DNA of 64,000 bases from the NCBI GenBank assembly GCA_030704615.1, contig CM060733.1:50902001-50966000 (forward strand). Reading direction: 5' to 3'. Under the pieces are notes generated by a model. The model saw only the letters and a list, made by a program, of their open reading frames with translations, searched no databases and was not told the DNA's origin. This document shows, one piece after another, positions 36,401 to 49,470 of this stretch. Position 1 is the first letter of the stretch, and each line of letters begins with the position of its first letter. Source of the DNA: Takakia lepidozioides (Eukaryota; Plantae; Bryophyta). The position numbers and the translations under genes are program-made.

Positions 36401-36845
36401 CGGAGGTCTGGTTGAACATCAAGAATTTTCGACTACCTCTGGAAGTGAGTCCGAAGTTCGTACCTCCGTATGCGGGGCCCCTTTTTGCATCCGGAAGATT
36501 ATGAATGAAGATGTGTATGAATTGGAGCTGCCGGCAAACAGCAAGGTACATCCGGTATTCCACGTTTCTTTTTTGAAGCCTTACTTCAAAGATGAAGCGC
36601 GTCCAAATCGGCATCAAGTGTTGCGTCCGCCACCTACGCTGTTGGATCATGAAAATGAACCTAAGTACGAAGTGGAGGCAGTGCTTAAGTCGAGGAGGTT
36701 CAAGAATCGATAAACGAAGTATCTCGTGAAATGGAAGGGCTATCATCAAGTGGAGGCAACTTGGGTGCATGCCTCAGAAATGGGAAATGCATCTGAGGTG
36801 GTTGTAGCTTTCGAAGGACGACCTCAAAAGCGGAAGAAGTGTTGA
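33448..36845 (+). pseudogene. pol: pol of the outer chromovirus: PR-RT-RH-INT-chromodomain, multiply disrupted
   Basis: [28 protein letters not shown] (~34575), HTDASDFAIGGVL, SMDF, SDRNPKFTS, DGQTER, GPF, HPVFHVSFLKP, and chromodomain YEVEAVL...YLVKWKGY...ATW (36660-36815). Confidence 0.9.
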
Positions 36846-37730
36846 TTGGGACATCAACCTTGGATCGTGGGGGAGAAAATAACTAGCTTAGGAATCCGAT
36901 TGCAAAAACTTGTGTTGCACAAATTTTGTTTATAAATGAAATGGTTCCCAAATGTTGTGCTTCCTATTTTGTTTGGAATGGTGATGCATGGTATGGTTGG
37001 CTAGTGTGTAGAATGCATGCTAGCTTACAAAAGTTGGAGAGGTAAATTGGATTAATCGTGTGTTTGCGCAGTGCCGAAATCGGCTGGTTTCCATCCAAGG
37101 GGCAAAGAAACTTGCGTCTGCTTTAGGAGTTCACGTGCTAGTACGTACCTGACGCGTGCGCGTACTATAACTGCACTACCGAGGGGGTTGTCTTGTAGTG
37201 CAGACTAACGCGGAAGCTACGTCTTCCATTCACGTACTATAATCGTGTAGCCTCGGGACGAAGTCGTAGTGCGGCTTCGGCATGTTCCCGTAACTCAGAC
37301 CAGTATTTCAAGGCGGACCCAATTGTAGTGATTGGGGCGCACGGTTGGTTCAAGGTTATCTTCCTAATCAAAAAAAGGTTCAAGGTGAACCCTTGCTCAA
37401 GGTGATGTCAAAAGCGGCATCATGAGCAGTCGCAAGCAATGTTGTTGTAGTAAGGCGATTCGATCCTCGGGGAGGATCGTTCCTTGGCCTTGAAGTGGGC
37501 CAAGAAGATATGACTAGGTGGAGCTCGAGAGGCTCCACCCTTAGCCGGGACTTGGAGGAAGTCGGCTGAACTAGCTAGTGGAGAGTAGAGTCAAGTGGGG
37601 GTTTGGTTCTTTGTCATGGGACACCATGGTACGGAAATAAACTTCTTGATGTAGGACGCCACAACTTGGATGTTAGTTTCTACAAAATGGACAAGTCGAT
37701 GAGGATATCGACTCCCTGTTGGTAGGTGTG

Positions 37731-38448
37731 TGTCGCGGCCCTTTGCCTTTAGGGCAAGGGGTCCGGACACAGAGGGGCTGCCCCTGTGGTGGGGGTAGAG
37801 GCAACAATAGGTACGGGGGCTGAAGCACCATTGAGTGCCCAAGGCACTCAAGGAGGCGGAGGCGTTCACTAGGTGGAGCCCCGCACACCGGGTTGCGGTG
37901 GGGGTGGTTCCACGAGGGGTGGTGATAGTTCAGTGGGTCTTAGTGGGGGTGGCATAGGACTCGCCATGGGGCAGAGACCTTGTGGTGGGAGTCGTGGGGA
38001 GTCTTGGGACTCATCACGGTCCAATGGGGCCGTGGTGGGTGGGCCAAGACTCACCGCGACTCATCACCGGGAATCAAGGGTCTTCGTGGTGGTTCGCCAT
38101 AAAATGACTGGGTTGTTTGTGAAACCCCCGCAGACAGTCACAGAAACATATATAGGGAGTAGTAACCCCGAGAACGGTGCAAGCTCGTTGGTGACCAAAA
38201 ATTAGTGAGTAAGTATGTGAGCCGGAAAGCGACCAAGGTGTGGGGAGCTGTTCTAGACTGCCAACAACCAAAGGGAATTTCCACTAGGCCCAAAGTGAGC
38301 GAGGGTCGTGTGAAGCAAATGGGGACTGTTATGTCATGAGCAACCGAAGCTCCATGTTGGCCCGGCGGCCAGTTTGGGAGTTAGGTGCGCGCATCAAAGC
38401 GAGTAATTATGACATGAAGAGGAGCTTACCGAAGTGAGGTGCGCGACT
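37731..38448 (+). repeat. 3' LTR of the outer chromovirus
   Basis: Homologous to 17248-17750 and followed by TSD TGGAA. Confidence 0.9.
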
Positions 38449-38954
38449 TGGAACCAATAGTTCTCCAGACCACTTGAAGCTATTATCTGTACCACCACTC
38501 AGAGGAAGCACAAGCCAGATAGTGAAAATCCACCTAGGTCTTCCCGAGTTGATGTTGCTTTGTAACTTGCAGTGTTGTGCTAAAGGTTGGGCCCTATATG
38601 AACATTTGCAAGAATTGTGCAAGGAAAACATAGTGCGGCTCAATCAGAACTGGACCTCAATGACCACAAGTTGAGATCAAGCTTCTTTGAGTATGTAAAC
38701 CTTACTAAAATAATTGATCATCTCAAAAAGTTGTTGAAGAGCCAACGACAAACTTCAACAAGCGTGGCAGTCTCCAATTGGGGTAGCAAAGCATCTGCCG
38801 GAGCCCGCTTAAATGGAAATAACAGATATCGTGACACTACATCAAATACCTTCTATGCCTGCATTCGGGTCCAAACACCTCTACTTAGGCTACATGTCAA
38901 GGTCACAACCACATCTAACAATTAACCTTCATGGTTGCAATGACAATTGTGAAA

Positions 38955-39515
38955 CTAACAGGCGAGTAAGAATATTCGCCCTCCTCGAAATACTTTTTGC
39001 ATGCTTATCGAAAAAGTAAAAAGTGGCAAGACAACGTCTCCGTCGGTCCCACGCGCAAGTCTCGTGACCTTATAGACCCTTGTGTTTGAGAGGACTGAAC
39101 ACTCAATCCATTGACTTTCAGCAGAGCCAAGCCAAAAGTGCTTGACATTTGCACTTGCACAAGTATTCATACAATGCACTCGATCCTTCTTCCCAGATCT
39201 GGGAGAAAGAAATTCCACCACTACTAGTGGAGGAGAATTGCTAGCATCAAAGTATATGGAGGTATTTGGGATCATCTTCGGATATGGAGGTACTCTCGAT
39301 GCCGCGATATCATAGCAAAAAGAGCTTCCCTCGTAGAACATTGAGGCGTCTACGGAAAAAGCGTATTCTAGCTCTAGTCCACTTTGGTCGGCCCCACCTA
39401 CTAACTCAGCTGAAAGATATGTCACCGCGAAGTTGAGTTTGCCGGCAGCGATACCAAACCAATGGAAAGCCCCTCTACACACAAATGGTGTCGGGCGGAC
39501 ACAATGGCCAACCAA
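38955..39515 (-). pseudogene. Uma2/DUF820-like PD-(D/E)XK nuclease-fold ORF, probably degenerate
   Basis: PPLVVVEFLSPRSGKKDRVHCMNTCASANVKHFWLGSAESQWIEC matches the Uma2 pattern PxLVVEVLSPSxxxxDRxxKxxxYAxAGVxEYW; no introns and no clean ATG start. Confidence 0.6.
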
Positions 39516-41379
39516 TCCAAAAAATGGACCCTTCCAATTGCAGCCTCTTTCACAATATCATTCTCAAATACTCCCGCGGACGTGTGACAATTCCGATACA
39601 AGAATGAATTCTTGTGATAGCACTGCATCGGCAACAGAAGACCTCATTTTCACCCAGACACGTTTAAACAAACAACATACATTGGAGAACACATGCTTCC
39701 CCAGCCTTGACTATCCCCTTGCACATCCTACGTAGCGAAGTGCCCTACCTCCTCCTAACACCGGTTTGAAGCCCAAAACAGAACACACTTTTTAATTGCA
39801 TGGTCTAGGGAGTGCCTTTGGTTGTACATATAGCGATGGACAATACAAGATCAAGATAGAACAGGCACAATACAGTAGACCACTCCCCCAGACAAAGAAA
39901 TATTCAGTTTCCAACAAATTCAGCTTGTACGCCTATAAGATTGAAATGAGCTGGACCAAAGTCCTGACCTCCGATTTGAAGGTATCTGAAAAGCTCTTCA
40001 TCTGTGGAGCCAACTCATCCCTCGTTTGTGCCCCCTGAAAACAGGCACTCAGTTGCATAATCAGACTGCCCTCATTCATCTCCTCCTTTGAGCAACTTGT
40101 TTGAGTAACTTGAAACCAACAAAGTTCCGAAATTATCGAGCCCCAACCCACCATCCCCGAGTTATAAAAGGAATAGATCAAGAGAGGACTTCTAACGGGG
40201 CTTTTATCAGGGCGATGTTAAACCGGACATGTAGAAGATTGAGGTGAGGCCCAGGGTTTCAACAAGGTGTTGACTCTTACAAAACTATCTCCCCCCCTAA
40301 AAATCCTAGATGACCTCGCAAGAGCATACAAGTGGGGCGACTCCGCTACAGTTGTCGATGAACGTCTCAATGATGACAGCGCTCTCGTACTGTAACATTA
40401 GCCGCAACAAACTGCCAAAGAGGTGAGCATGAGCACCATTACCTTTCTGGGCCATATCCTCGATAGCTTTCGAGGACCGCAGTGCAAACCTTTGAAATGA
40501 TGGCTGCAAGACCACAGACAAGAGCTTTCGCAGTTACAACTCTGCGTAATTCAGCACTACGATCTCTTATCCACCAGTTGGGACCTTTTCGCCATCCCCA
40601 CATCTCTAAGGTGTTTTAATTTAACTCTATGCCATGCCCAGGATTAGGTGACTTTACGTCACCGGTCGTGAGATCCTTTAGAATGTTTCACAATGTCCCA
40701 GAAACAGTATGAAATAATTTCAAACAGTGCATGCAGAAACGGAGACCATGGAAAGTGAGAGACAAAGAGGGGGGAGGAGCTGGTAACTGAAGGAAGAGAC
40801 AAGCAAGTACCTGTTAGCAAGGCGATCGACAACGGTCTGGTTGACATTGTACTGCATCACCCGTGCTGAGAATCCGCCTCCCCTTCCAGCCATCGCTTGG
40901 AATTGGTGGCAGCAAAAGCCCCAAAATCCCTGACAATGGTCTGGTTAACATTGTACTGCATCACCCGTGCTAAGAATCCGCCTCAAAATAAATTGACGAC
41001 GAAACGTGGCATACGATGACATGGCAACTCATTTTTCAGGTTTCCCTGCATGTCTTTATGTGTTTGTCGTCAGCAAGCTCCAAACCCCTAAGCACGATTT
41101 GCAGGGAAAGTCTAACCAGCATTGCCAGCAATTGAATTGGGTTGATGGGTTGTTGAGATGCTGTTTACTTCTTCTCATTCCTACATTCATGAATACTTCT
41201 AATAGCAGTATTGTGGCAGGGCGGCGTATGTCTCTGCCCGGTCCCTGTATGTAAGGTTGCTTTCATGAGGTCTGTTCATGTAGACCATCTCTTTGCCCGT
41301 GTCTGTTTGGAGCTGCAATTTGTGCTGGAAAAAATGGAAATTCATTCTGTTGACAGGGACACAATTGTGATTCAAGCCC

Positions 41380-41625
41380 ACAACAGAGGCAGTGAGCAGG
41401 TGGTAGCAAACATAGTGACCGACATCGGTAACACAGCCAAGTTTTGTAAGGCCTCCAAGTTGGCACTTCAGCTACTGCAGGCTGGCAATGTGACCCCTGC
41501 TACTGCTGACTGCTTCTTTGTGATACTGAAAGCAGCTATGGCCCTTCCCTCCCCATGCCACAGATTCAGCGCTGAGAGGAGAGTATCAGGCTCTGTTCAG
41601 CACAGTCTACGAGAGTCTTGAGGTA
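41380..41625 (+). pseudogene. Fragment resembling a conserved uncharacterised plant protein
   Basis: IGNTAKFCKASKLALQLLQAGNVTPATADCFFVILKAAM recalls a conserved plant motif (KFSKASKLAxxLIQAGSV). This is recognised from memory only, and the frame breaks afterwards. Confidence 0.35.
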
Positions 41626-43124
41626 TGTATCTGAAGCATTGGTTTAATTTTAAATCTCCTAACGTCCTCTGCAAAATTCAGGAGTCCGTGGTGGTTTCAT
41701 TGAAAATTTGGCCATTGCATGGACGAATGTTAGACAAGAGGCTTAAATGTCTTCAGAACACCTCAAGGGCCTCAACAATAAGATGTGCACTCGCAGTTGC
41801 TGCACCTGCCAGTATTTATGTGCCATTTGACATCTGTCTAGTCAAGATATTGTACAGTATACATGCCTGGCGAAGATGATCGCTCACATAAGCTAAGCTT
41901 GCCTTGCTGGTAGCTGCCAAGCAGATTCATGGGCTAGTAGACTGTGCCCAGACGTTTGCATTGGTGTTTCTGAATAATCAGCCTTGCAGTCTCCACTGCT
42001 GGTGGTTTTACTCAAGTGTATTTTGCTTTCTGGCTGGGTTCTCATAGCTATGCTGGACCTGCGGCTTGGTCGTATAATGAGGTGAGCATAGCTCTTTAGA
42101 TCGAGCGTAGAAGATATATGAGAAGTTTGGGGCGTGCAAGTGGGTCATGTTGGACGCCGGGTCATAGGGGTATGTGATAGCTGTTGTGTTGAAACTGAGA
42201 AGGTGCAAAGCAATTGAGACTCCCACGGGCATTTGTATGGAATGGGTGGCAGTGTTTCAGTGGAGTTACCGTTGTTACACTGGTTTGACAGGTTTGTTGG
42301 GGTGATGGAGTGTGCCAGCATGGACTGATGACAGACAGCTGTGCGTTTGTTTTGTGTGCATGGTTCTTGTAGTTCCAAGCTTAGAGGGCACTTTTTAAGC
42401 TGTAGGGTATGTGTAAGATCTGGTTACTGATACCACATTTTGGTTCCGCAATATGAATCATTAGTGAACTTTCCTCCTTGAATGTAAGGTGTTCTTCCCT
42501 TGTACAAGGGACATCTACTATAAGATTTCTCTTTTTCTCAAGTTTAGCAGGCTTTAGCCTTGTAGATGTAATTTCCTCATACAAGGGACATCTACTATAA
42601 GATTTTTCTTATTCTCAAGTTTAGCAGGCTTGAAAAAAGATCTGGTTTGTCTTTGTGTTGTTTAAAGTAGTGGCATTTCTTCTTGGATGATAGAACACCA
42701 GACTGAATGAATCTGGCTGAATTTCAAGGCATGTCAGATATTCTATGTTAGAGTGAAGAAGGGACGTAATCTGCATTATGGATTGCTCTGTGCACATCTT
42801 GGCTGACGTGCAGATCCTCCTTCATGATATTCATGTGAGTCACATCACCTCTCCACATTCTGTTCCATTGAATTGCACTCGTTACCAACTTCTCCAACCT
42901 GGTGTTTCGCTCTTTGAGATTCTAACTGGTTGGGACCCACCTGGCCAGAAGAAAGAATTTCTACCTACAAGCAAAGCAGAGTAATGATTGTCAAGTTTGT
43001 TGTGTTATCTCACATGTCAGGGCTTTGTTCTCTCTCACTTGTGTATTTTGTCGCAGGGCCTTGGCAGAGAAGAAGGGTTTTCAATTTATTAGCAGGGCCA
43101 TTTCCTGTCACTTATGTATTTACA

Positions 43125-46100
43125 GGCGGGATGGCAGAAAGAGCAATTGCGGAGCGGATCAAATGGAGGGCAGGCAGACCTCCTCTCAAAGCTATCCCAT
43201 GTATCAATTCCCCGACTTTGAGTGATTGGTTGCATTGTTTGAGGTCCTTATGCATGGTTTGTAGTGGTGGGAACAGCCAAAGAGAGTAGTGGTATTCTGA
43301 AAACCATTGCCAAATTCAGCAATGTGTGGTTGAGTGGCAACCACCGTACAGAGCTTACATAGGGCTTTCAGATAAGGATATTACTTACTCCAGCTGGTGG
43401 CACAGCACAATGGTGACATTGACTGGAGTGGAGGTCCTGAAGAATACTGCCCTGGTATTATACTCAAGATAACATTGCAATGGTGTTGTCATACTATGCA
43501 TAACCCACTGCCGGTCCCTTCAAAGCAGTTCCCACGCATCCATTTGAGTTGAATTGATGAATATTTTTCCTAGCAGGCGAGAGGAAGGAAAGTTCTCTGC
43601 TGTATTTAGTTAGGCCAAATAGGTGTGATTTGTTTGCAGGCACAAAAACTTCTGACTATGGCCACTGCATTGGAGCGGACACGGGTAGCTGGCAGGCAAA
43701 GTGTAAGTGGACCTTCCATGGCAAAAAGTCCATACTCAGGACTTTTATGATTTGCGAGGTGTGCTAGGCTTGCAACTATGGCCCTTGCGGGGACAATCTT
43801 AGCATGAAGTTTATAGCTTGTCAAATTTTGGGTTTGTTACTTTGTATTTGGCTTGCCACTGTACACATAGGCGAGCCTTCTTTTGAATCCAGCCTTCATC
43901 TTCCTCTGTCATTGATCCCGAGGGACTGCCTTTAGGTGTCTTTTCTCTGACCATGAGAATTTCGGCTTTGCAATTGAAAATCTAATGTCTTAAGATCAAG
44001 AGGTGTGCATCTCTTGGTCATGACTCACTTGGTGCGCTAGTCCCCAAAGCTCAAGATTGTGTAGCACATTATTAGCCTTTTCTTGTTGCTGCCCATGACA
44101 TCTTGCCTGCACCAGTATACAATCACACAATACCTTTGCATCTGACACTTCTATGTCCTTCATGTACATAATGAGAAGGATCGGAGCGACAGAACCAAAT
44201 TCATAAGCAGTGGATCAAGCATTGAACTGGAAAATGACCATTCGTATGTGGAATTCCTGGTGAGTAGATTGGCTTCTTCATGTCCATGCAAGGCATCTGA
44301 ATTGCTGGGGCAATAAGAGGAAAGTGCTTGATATCTGGCAGCATCCCCCTCATGGTTTGACTTGGTTCTCAAAGGAGCGTATTTTTTGGTGCTAGGTGAT
44401 AAATTGGTGGTTACATAGGTGTGCTGATGTTGGCCCATGGTTTGAATTGTCAAGTCACCTTATGGTGCATGTACGCATCTGGTGGGTTGCCTCAATGAGA
44501 CTCAGTCAGACCATCCAAAATCAGTCAATTTGGTGAACGATTCCGCCATGCAGTGAGATTGGATCTTACTTCACCACTTTAGTCTATCAGAGCTTGATTG
44601 GAACTCAGAAGTCACCAAAGTTAGTTGTGTCTGCTCGTTTGACTGGAGCTTTAAACTCAGCCTTGGTGGTGGTATGTGGCCAGGTGTCTCTGGTTGCATC
44701 TGATGATGAGTTTGTGCGTCACTCTGCTGGGAAGACCCTCTTGGCTCTTTCTAACTACTTGACTCTCAAAGAATGTGTATGGCCCTTCTCGCTTTCTCTG
44801 TATAACCTCATCCTCTATATGCATCAACGCCTAGAAAGAATTTCTGGTCAACTCTAGTTAACAATGGTTTCCAAATGTCACACAAGGCTGGCCTCCTGAA
44901 CCAAGTCACTATTTAGAGATGAAACAGAGAGAATGTACTCATATGACATTGTTTGCCGTAGCCTTGTGGCCTTAGAACCTGCGCCCAGTTTGGGGGAGGG
45001 AGAGAGAGAGAGAGAGAGTCCTCAAGAAAGTACCAGGTCACTACGGCTGCAATTGATATGCCATGAGATTGTGGCCTTTCTGCAGAGCTCTTCATGGAGT
45101 GCACTTCTTTCCCATTTGTGGGATGCTCTGAAGGTTGCATGTGTGAGTGCAAATTCAATCGATGCAAGTATTGAAGAAACTCCCAGAGCATCACAGGAAG
45201 CTCGTATTGTTGGAATGTCATCTTCTGAAGCAAGTGCAAAGGATTCCAGGTTTTTAGCTAATGATGTGGCACCCAGGTTGGCATGTGGGGCCTCTTCAGG
45301 CAGAGAAAGATATCCAGTGATGTGTATAATGGATGGTGCTAAAGCTCACCAGGCGAGAAACTGGGGAACAGTGGTGTGTGTTCTACAGATTCTACGCTGT
45401 ATACTTAAAAACTGCTCCTGTGAGCACAATGGTGGAAGAAACAGCACTCATATATTTTTCAGGTATTTTCACGAAAATGTAGCAATTGTGGTGAGGAGAA
45501 TGTTACCAGACGGATGGTACCCTGAAAAGTACGTCAATTATACCAAACCTCTCAATTTCCATGCAAATGGAGGATCAGCTCATCTCCCCTTGGACACGTC
45601 CTGCAGTGATTCATGTGCCTTAGGATTGCCGAGAAAGCTGGCATGGGGTGCATGTCTGCAGCTTCTATGCAGCAGTGTCCAATATTTGGATCCAGAGACC
45701 GGGGAGGGTGGTCGGCAACGACATGGGATTCAGTACTTGGTGGTGCGAGACCTCATACCTATGCTTGCCTGGATGGCGCAACCATCACATAGCCATTACC
45801 TCCACACCTGCTGCATTTCTTCCTTCTTGTGCCACAAGCAGCTGGTATGCTGGTAGTCTTTTCCCGACTTTCACGCTCTGGCTCTGTGTTGTTTCTCTGT
45901 GGGCCTCCCATGCACATGATAAAATCTGTTGCGTTTCTTGTGGGACAAGCTGCTTGTTTGCTTATATTCCTTTCACTGACTTTACAGACATTTTCTGCCT
46001 CTGTACATGCGTTCCTCCCTGTGGAGGTAATAATTGTTTTCCTTCTCTCTCCCCTGCACCTTCTTGCGTGGGTCTCACAGCTCTCCTGACTTCATAATAA

Positions 46101-48019
46101 CTTAAATTGATGCAATGCTATTTCATATGATATATGCCAATTTGTTCAAAGGTTCACTGAGTTGTTTCCTTCTATGCTTGTAAACATGCAGATGATAATG
46201 TTGGGGCTCTCACGATGGTTTGAAGCTGATCGATCTCTTGCTCTCATGTGCCTAAGAGCCCTGCGTCATCATTGGGCTGACTTCATAAATGGTTCCTTAC
46301 TTGAAAAGAGAAAGGAGGCACCATCAGAGGGAGAGAATCGGCTGGACTCCTCCTTTGCAATGTCTTTGACAAGAACTAGGGGTCCAGACTTAGAGGACAG
46401 AGCTGATTTGGTTTCCTTTCTCCACTTGCAGCGACGGGCCCTGTTACTTCTCTTCAGGATTGGGTCGTTGGTAACCAAAGACCTAATACCGAGTAAACTT
46501 ACTGGGTTAGAGTCCACCAGGTTTCCTGAGGCAAATGGGGTGACTGGGGTAGGACCCATTGGAGCCAGTGTGTCAGAACTCAATAATCCTATGCCAAATA
46601 AAATTAGTGGATCAGAACCTAGCTCACGTGGTTGTTTTAAACCAAGAGACCTGGGTGATCTACAGGTACCTTGGGCACATTCTAGAAACTCAGGTAGTAG
46701 TTGTGGTTTAGAGTCAGATACGTTGAGTGGTTCAGAGTCAAGTGCAACCGGGGAGGAAGGGAAAAGACCTCATGGACCAAGTCTAAAGAATGATATGTAC
46801 ATGCAAGAGGTTAAGAGGGCAGTGTGGGAATGGGTGGAGGTTCAGGGTCAATGTGTCGCCAGGGTCTCCATGATTGGAGGCCTTGACCTTGATGACAGTT
46901 CAAGTAATGCCATTAGTGAGCTCTCAATGTCTCTGGTGCAATTGTATCTCGATGAGGATGACATGATGCTGGAAATGCTCCTGCAGCTTATGGAACTGGC
47001 CCCTTTGCTACATTGTCCGGAGACTTTTGAATCAAGGGCTTCAAGTGTGGTTGCTGCAGCATTCAGCCCAATGCAGCTCTTCCATGTATTCCTGGCAGTG
47101 ATAAGGTATGATCAGACAGTGCTGGTCGACTTTCTTATCTCCGAAAATACAGGCACCTTGTGCTTACGTTACCTCATGGGATGTGCACACCTAATTCGCC
47201 GCACATGGCCTGACTTTCGGGGAGCTGCACCCTGTTATAATGGCGTGGCATCAGACGGGGCAAGCCATTCTTCCTTCCAGATGAAATTGCTGCAGACTAG
47301 CCCACAAGTCCAGTTCAGGAAGGCAATCACTTGTTTGATGGAGCTACGGCTGGCAATAGAGCGCTTGCACCGCCGGCAACTATTTCCATACAATCCCTCA
47401 GCCCTACTCCGGCGGTATACACTCTTTCTCCCTCCCCCAATAGCTGCTTGCGGTACTGGCCAGGTGGTGATTTCATCACTGTCCCTCCAATCTTTTCAGG
47501 TTTTGTACTTTATTCTTGGAATTGGTATACCAGAGACAAGTTGCAAATGGATGATATTGGCTGTGAGGACGCTATGTTGAGGTCTTTGACTTCGAGCTCC
47601 ACATCCACATGGGTACATATGTCATTTTGTGGAGCATCAATAACTGGTCTAAGACAATATTTAGTGATGCTATGCCAGCAATCAGGTGGGAGGATGTCGT
47701 CGGTTTTATGCACCCCAAGCTTGGGTAAGTAGGTAGAGACACAGAAAACATTGATGCTGCCTCAAGTGCGCGTCTTTTTGGTGTCAAGTGTGGTTAACGT
47801 ATGTGTGGCTGGTCCACAAATACACATCCTTAACTATGTGTGCAACCCCCGTAGATAATTTTTAGCAAACTTGCATAATCTGTAATGTAGGAACAATTCT
47901 TGTTCTAACATTGTAATTAGTGCGGTGGCAGCTTTGAAGTGCTTGAGGAACTGTTTCAACAGGAGCAGGAGCTTGAGCCAAAAAGTTTGAAGTTCAGCCA
48001 CGATCTTTTACCAGGATAG
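43125..48019 (+). CDS. Protein Lines homolog (LINS1-like; LINES_N/LINES_C); 5' exons uncertain, firm exons ~44918-45844, 46192-47414, 47932-48019
   Basis: LYLDEDDMMLEMLLQL, PMQLFHVFLAVIRYDQTVLVDFLISENT..CLRYL and CLMELRLAIERLHRRQLFPYNPSALLRR match Lines family motifs; GT-AG junctions keep the frame. Confidence 0.8.
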
Positions 48020-49067
48020 CCCTTATCAGGTTTTGATGTCTTGGCAGACAGGTAACGTTCCTGAGTTTAGCTCTGAAAAGCTTTTCATAATGGATGTCAG
48101 CGGCCTACAGAACGGTTCAATTTTCTGATCCTTCGATGAGTATGACCTCAGCTTCCATTGGTTTGAATGCCATTCAAAATTGTGAGTACGTGATGGACAA
48201 ATGCCACCATGGACTTGGAAGCCCTCGTAGGAATGATTGACAGCTGTTCAGTGTACATCCCAAAAGTGAACCCAAAACTGTCTCCAGAGTTCAGGTTCAT
48301 AATGAGTGTCTTTGGAGACTCATAGCACAATGTGCAGGTCAAATTGTCTTATTGGTGTTAATCTGCTACGCAAAACATATCTACGACTACAAAACTACAC
48401 GTCAAGATAAATGAGAAATACCAAAGGTGGTGAGACAGATAGATTTGTGAGAAATTGTCATAGGACCAAGCAGCGTACAAACGAAGGCATGGTACATGCA
48501 AGCCCCGCTCTTCATCATCTCAGAGTAAGGTTCATGTTCCAAATAATGGTGTCACAGATCATTCGTTTTGGTTTGAGTCTATACCAGTGTTGGGAGGTTC
48601 TTTGATTCAGTGGCCAACCCCCGGAGGTTATCAAGAAGGTTATATGGATATATAACCGCGAGTGTTTTTTTTTTCAAATTTGGAAAAGAACAGGAGTGGC
48701 TACTGAGTTTTGCAGGAGATAGCCAGAAATAAAAACACTGAAAACCGGGGTTCTCAAAAAAATAAAGAACCGGCAAAGGCTCATAACTGCCGGTGATGTA
48801 GTTTTGAAATAACCAGCCTGAAAACGGTCAAAGATCCGCCAAACACCCGCCGGTTATTTGATGAAAACCGCAGGTTCTTTGAGGTTCTTACTATCAACCA
48901 GAACCGGTGGTTCTTTCCATAAGGGGGTTGGTATCCTGTGAGCACAACCCACGGTCATGGGGGTTGTATGTTTTTAAACCGCGGTCATAGGAATTACATG
49001 TTTTGAGGCACGGTGCATTCATAGGGTGGAGTTGCACCAAAACGATAAACTATCTGATCTATCTTCC

Positions 49068-49470
49068 AATTTTGCATTGAGAAAATAAAATTAAGTAACA
49101 GTTTTGGGGGTGAAAGTTTTAATTTCGCACTGAGAAAATAAAATTAAGTAGGAGTTTCGGGAGTGTGAGTTTTAATTTCGCAGTGAGAAAATTAAAATTA
49201 AGTAGGAGTTCTGGGGGTGAGAGTATTAATTTTGCACTGAGAAAATTAAATTAAGTAGGAGTTTCGGGGGTGAGAGTTTTAATTTCGCACTGAGAAAATT
49301 AAATTAAGTAGGAGTTTCGGGGGTGAGAGTTTTAATTTCGCACAGAGAAAATTAAATTAAGTAGGAGTTTCGGGAGTGAGAGTCTTAATTTCGCACTAAG
49401 AAATAAAATTAAGTAGAAGTTTTGGGAGTGAGAGTTTTAATTTCGCATTGAGAAATTAAAATTAAATAGG
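49068..49470. repeat. Minisatellite, ~53-bp unit, ~7.5 copies
   Basis: Unit AATTTCGCACTGAGAAAATTAAATTAAGTAGGAGTTTCGGGGGTGAGAGTTTT repeats head-to-tail with no unique spacers. Confidence 0.9.

Larger units (their letters stand above)
17248..38448 (+). mobile_element. Decayed Ty3/gypsy chromovirus LTR retrotransposon (outer element) hosting two nested insertions
   Basis: LTRs at 17248-17750 and 37731-38448, 5-bp TSD TGGAA (17243-17247 / 38449-38453), tRNA-iMet PBS, and gag-PR-RT-RH-INT-chromodomain order with many stops and frameshifts. Confidence 0.92.

Noticed and set aside
36841-37720. Small hairpins in the outer element's 3' UTR (e.g. CGATCCTC-GGG-GAGGATCG, AGTCGAT-6-ATCGACT)
   Set aside because: They are short, expected in retroelement UTRs, and give no evidence for a distinct RNA gene.
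49068-49470. Regular repeat array resembling CRISPR
   Set aside because: Units are contiguous 53-bp tandem copies without unique spacers, there are no cas genes, and the context is a eukaryotic TE.
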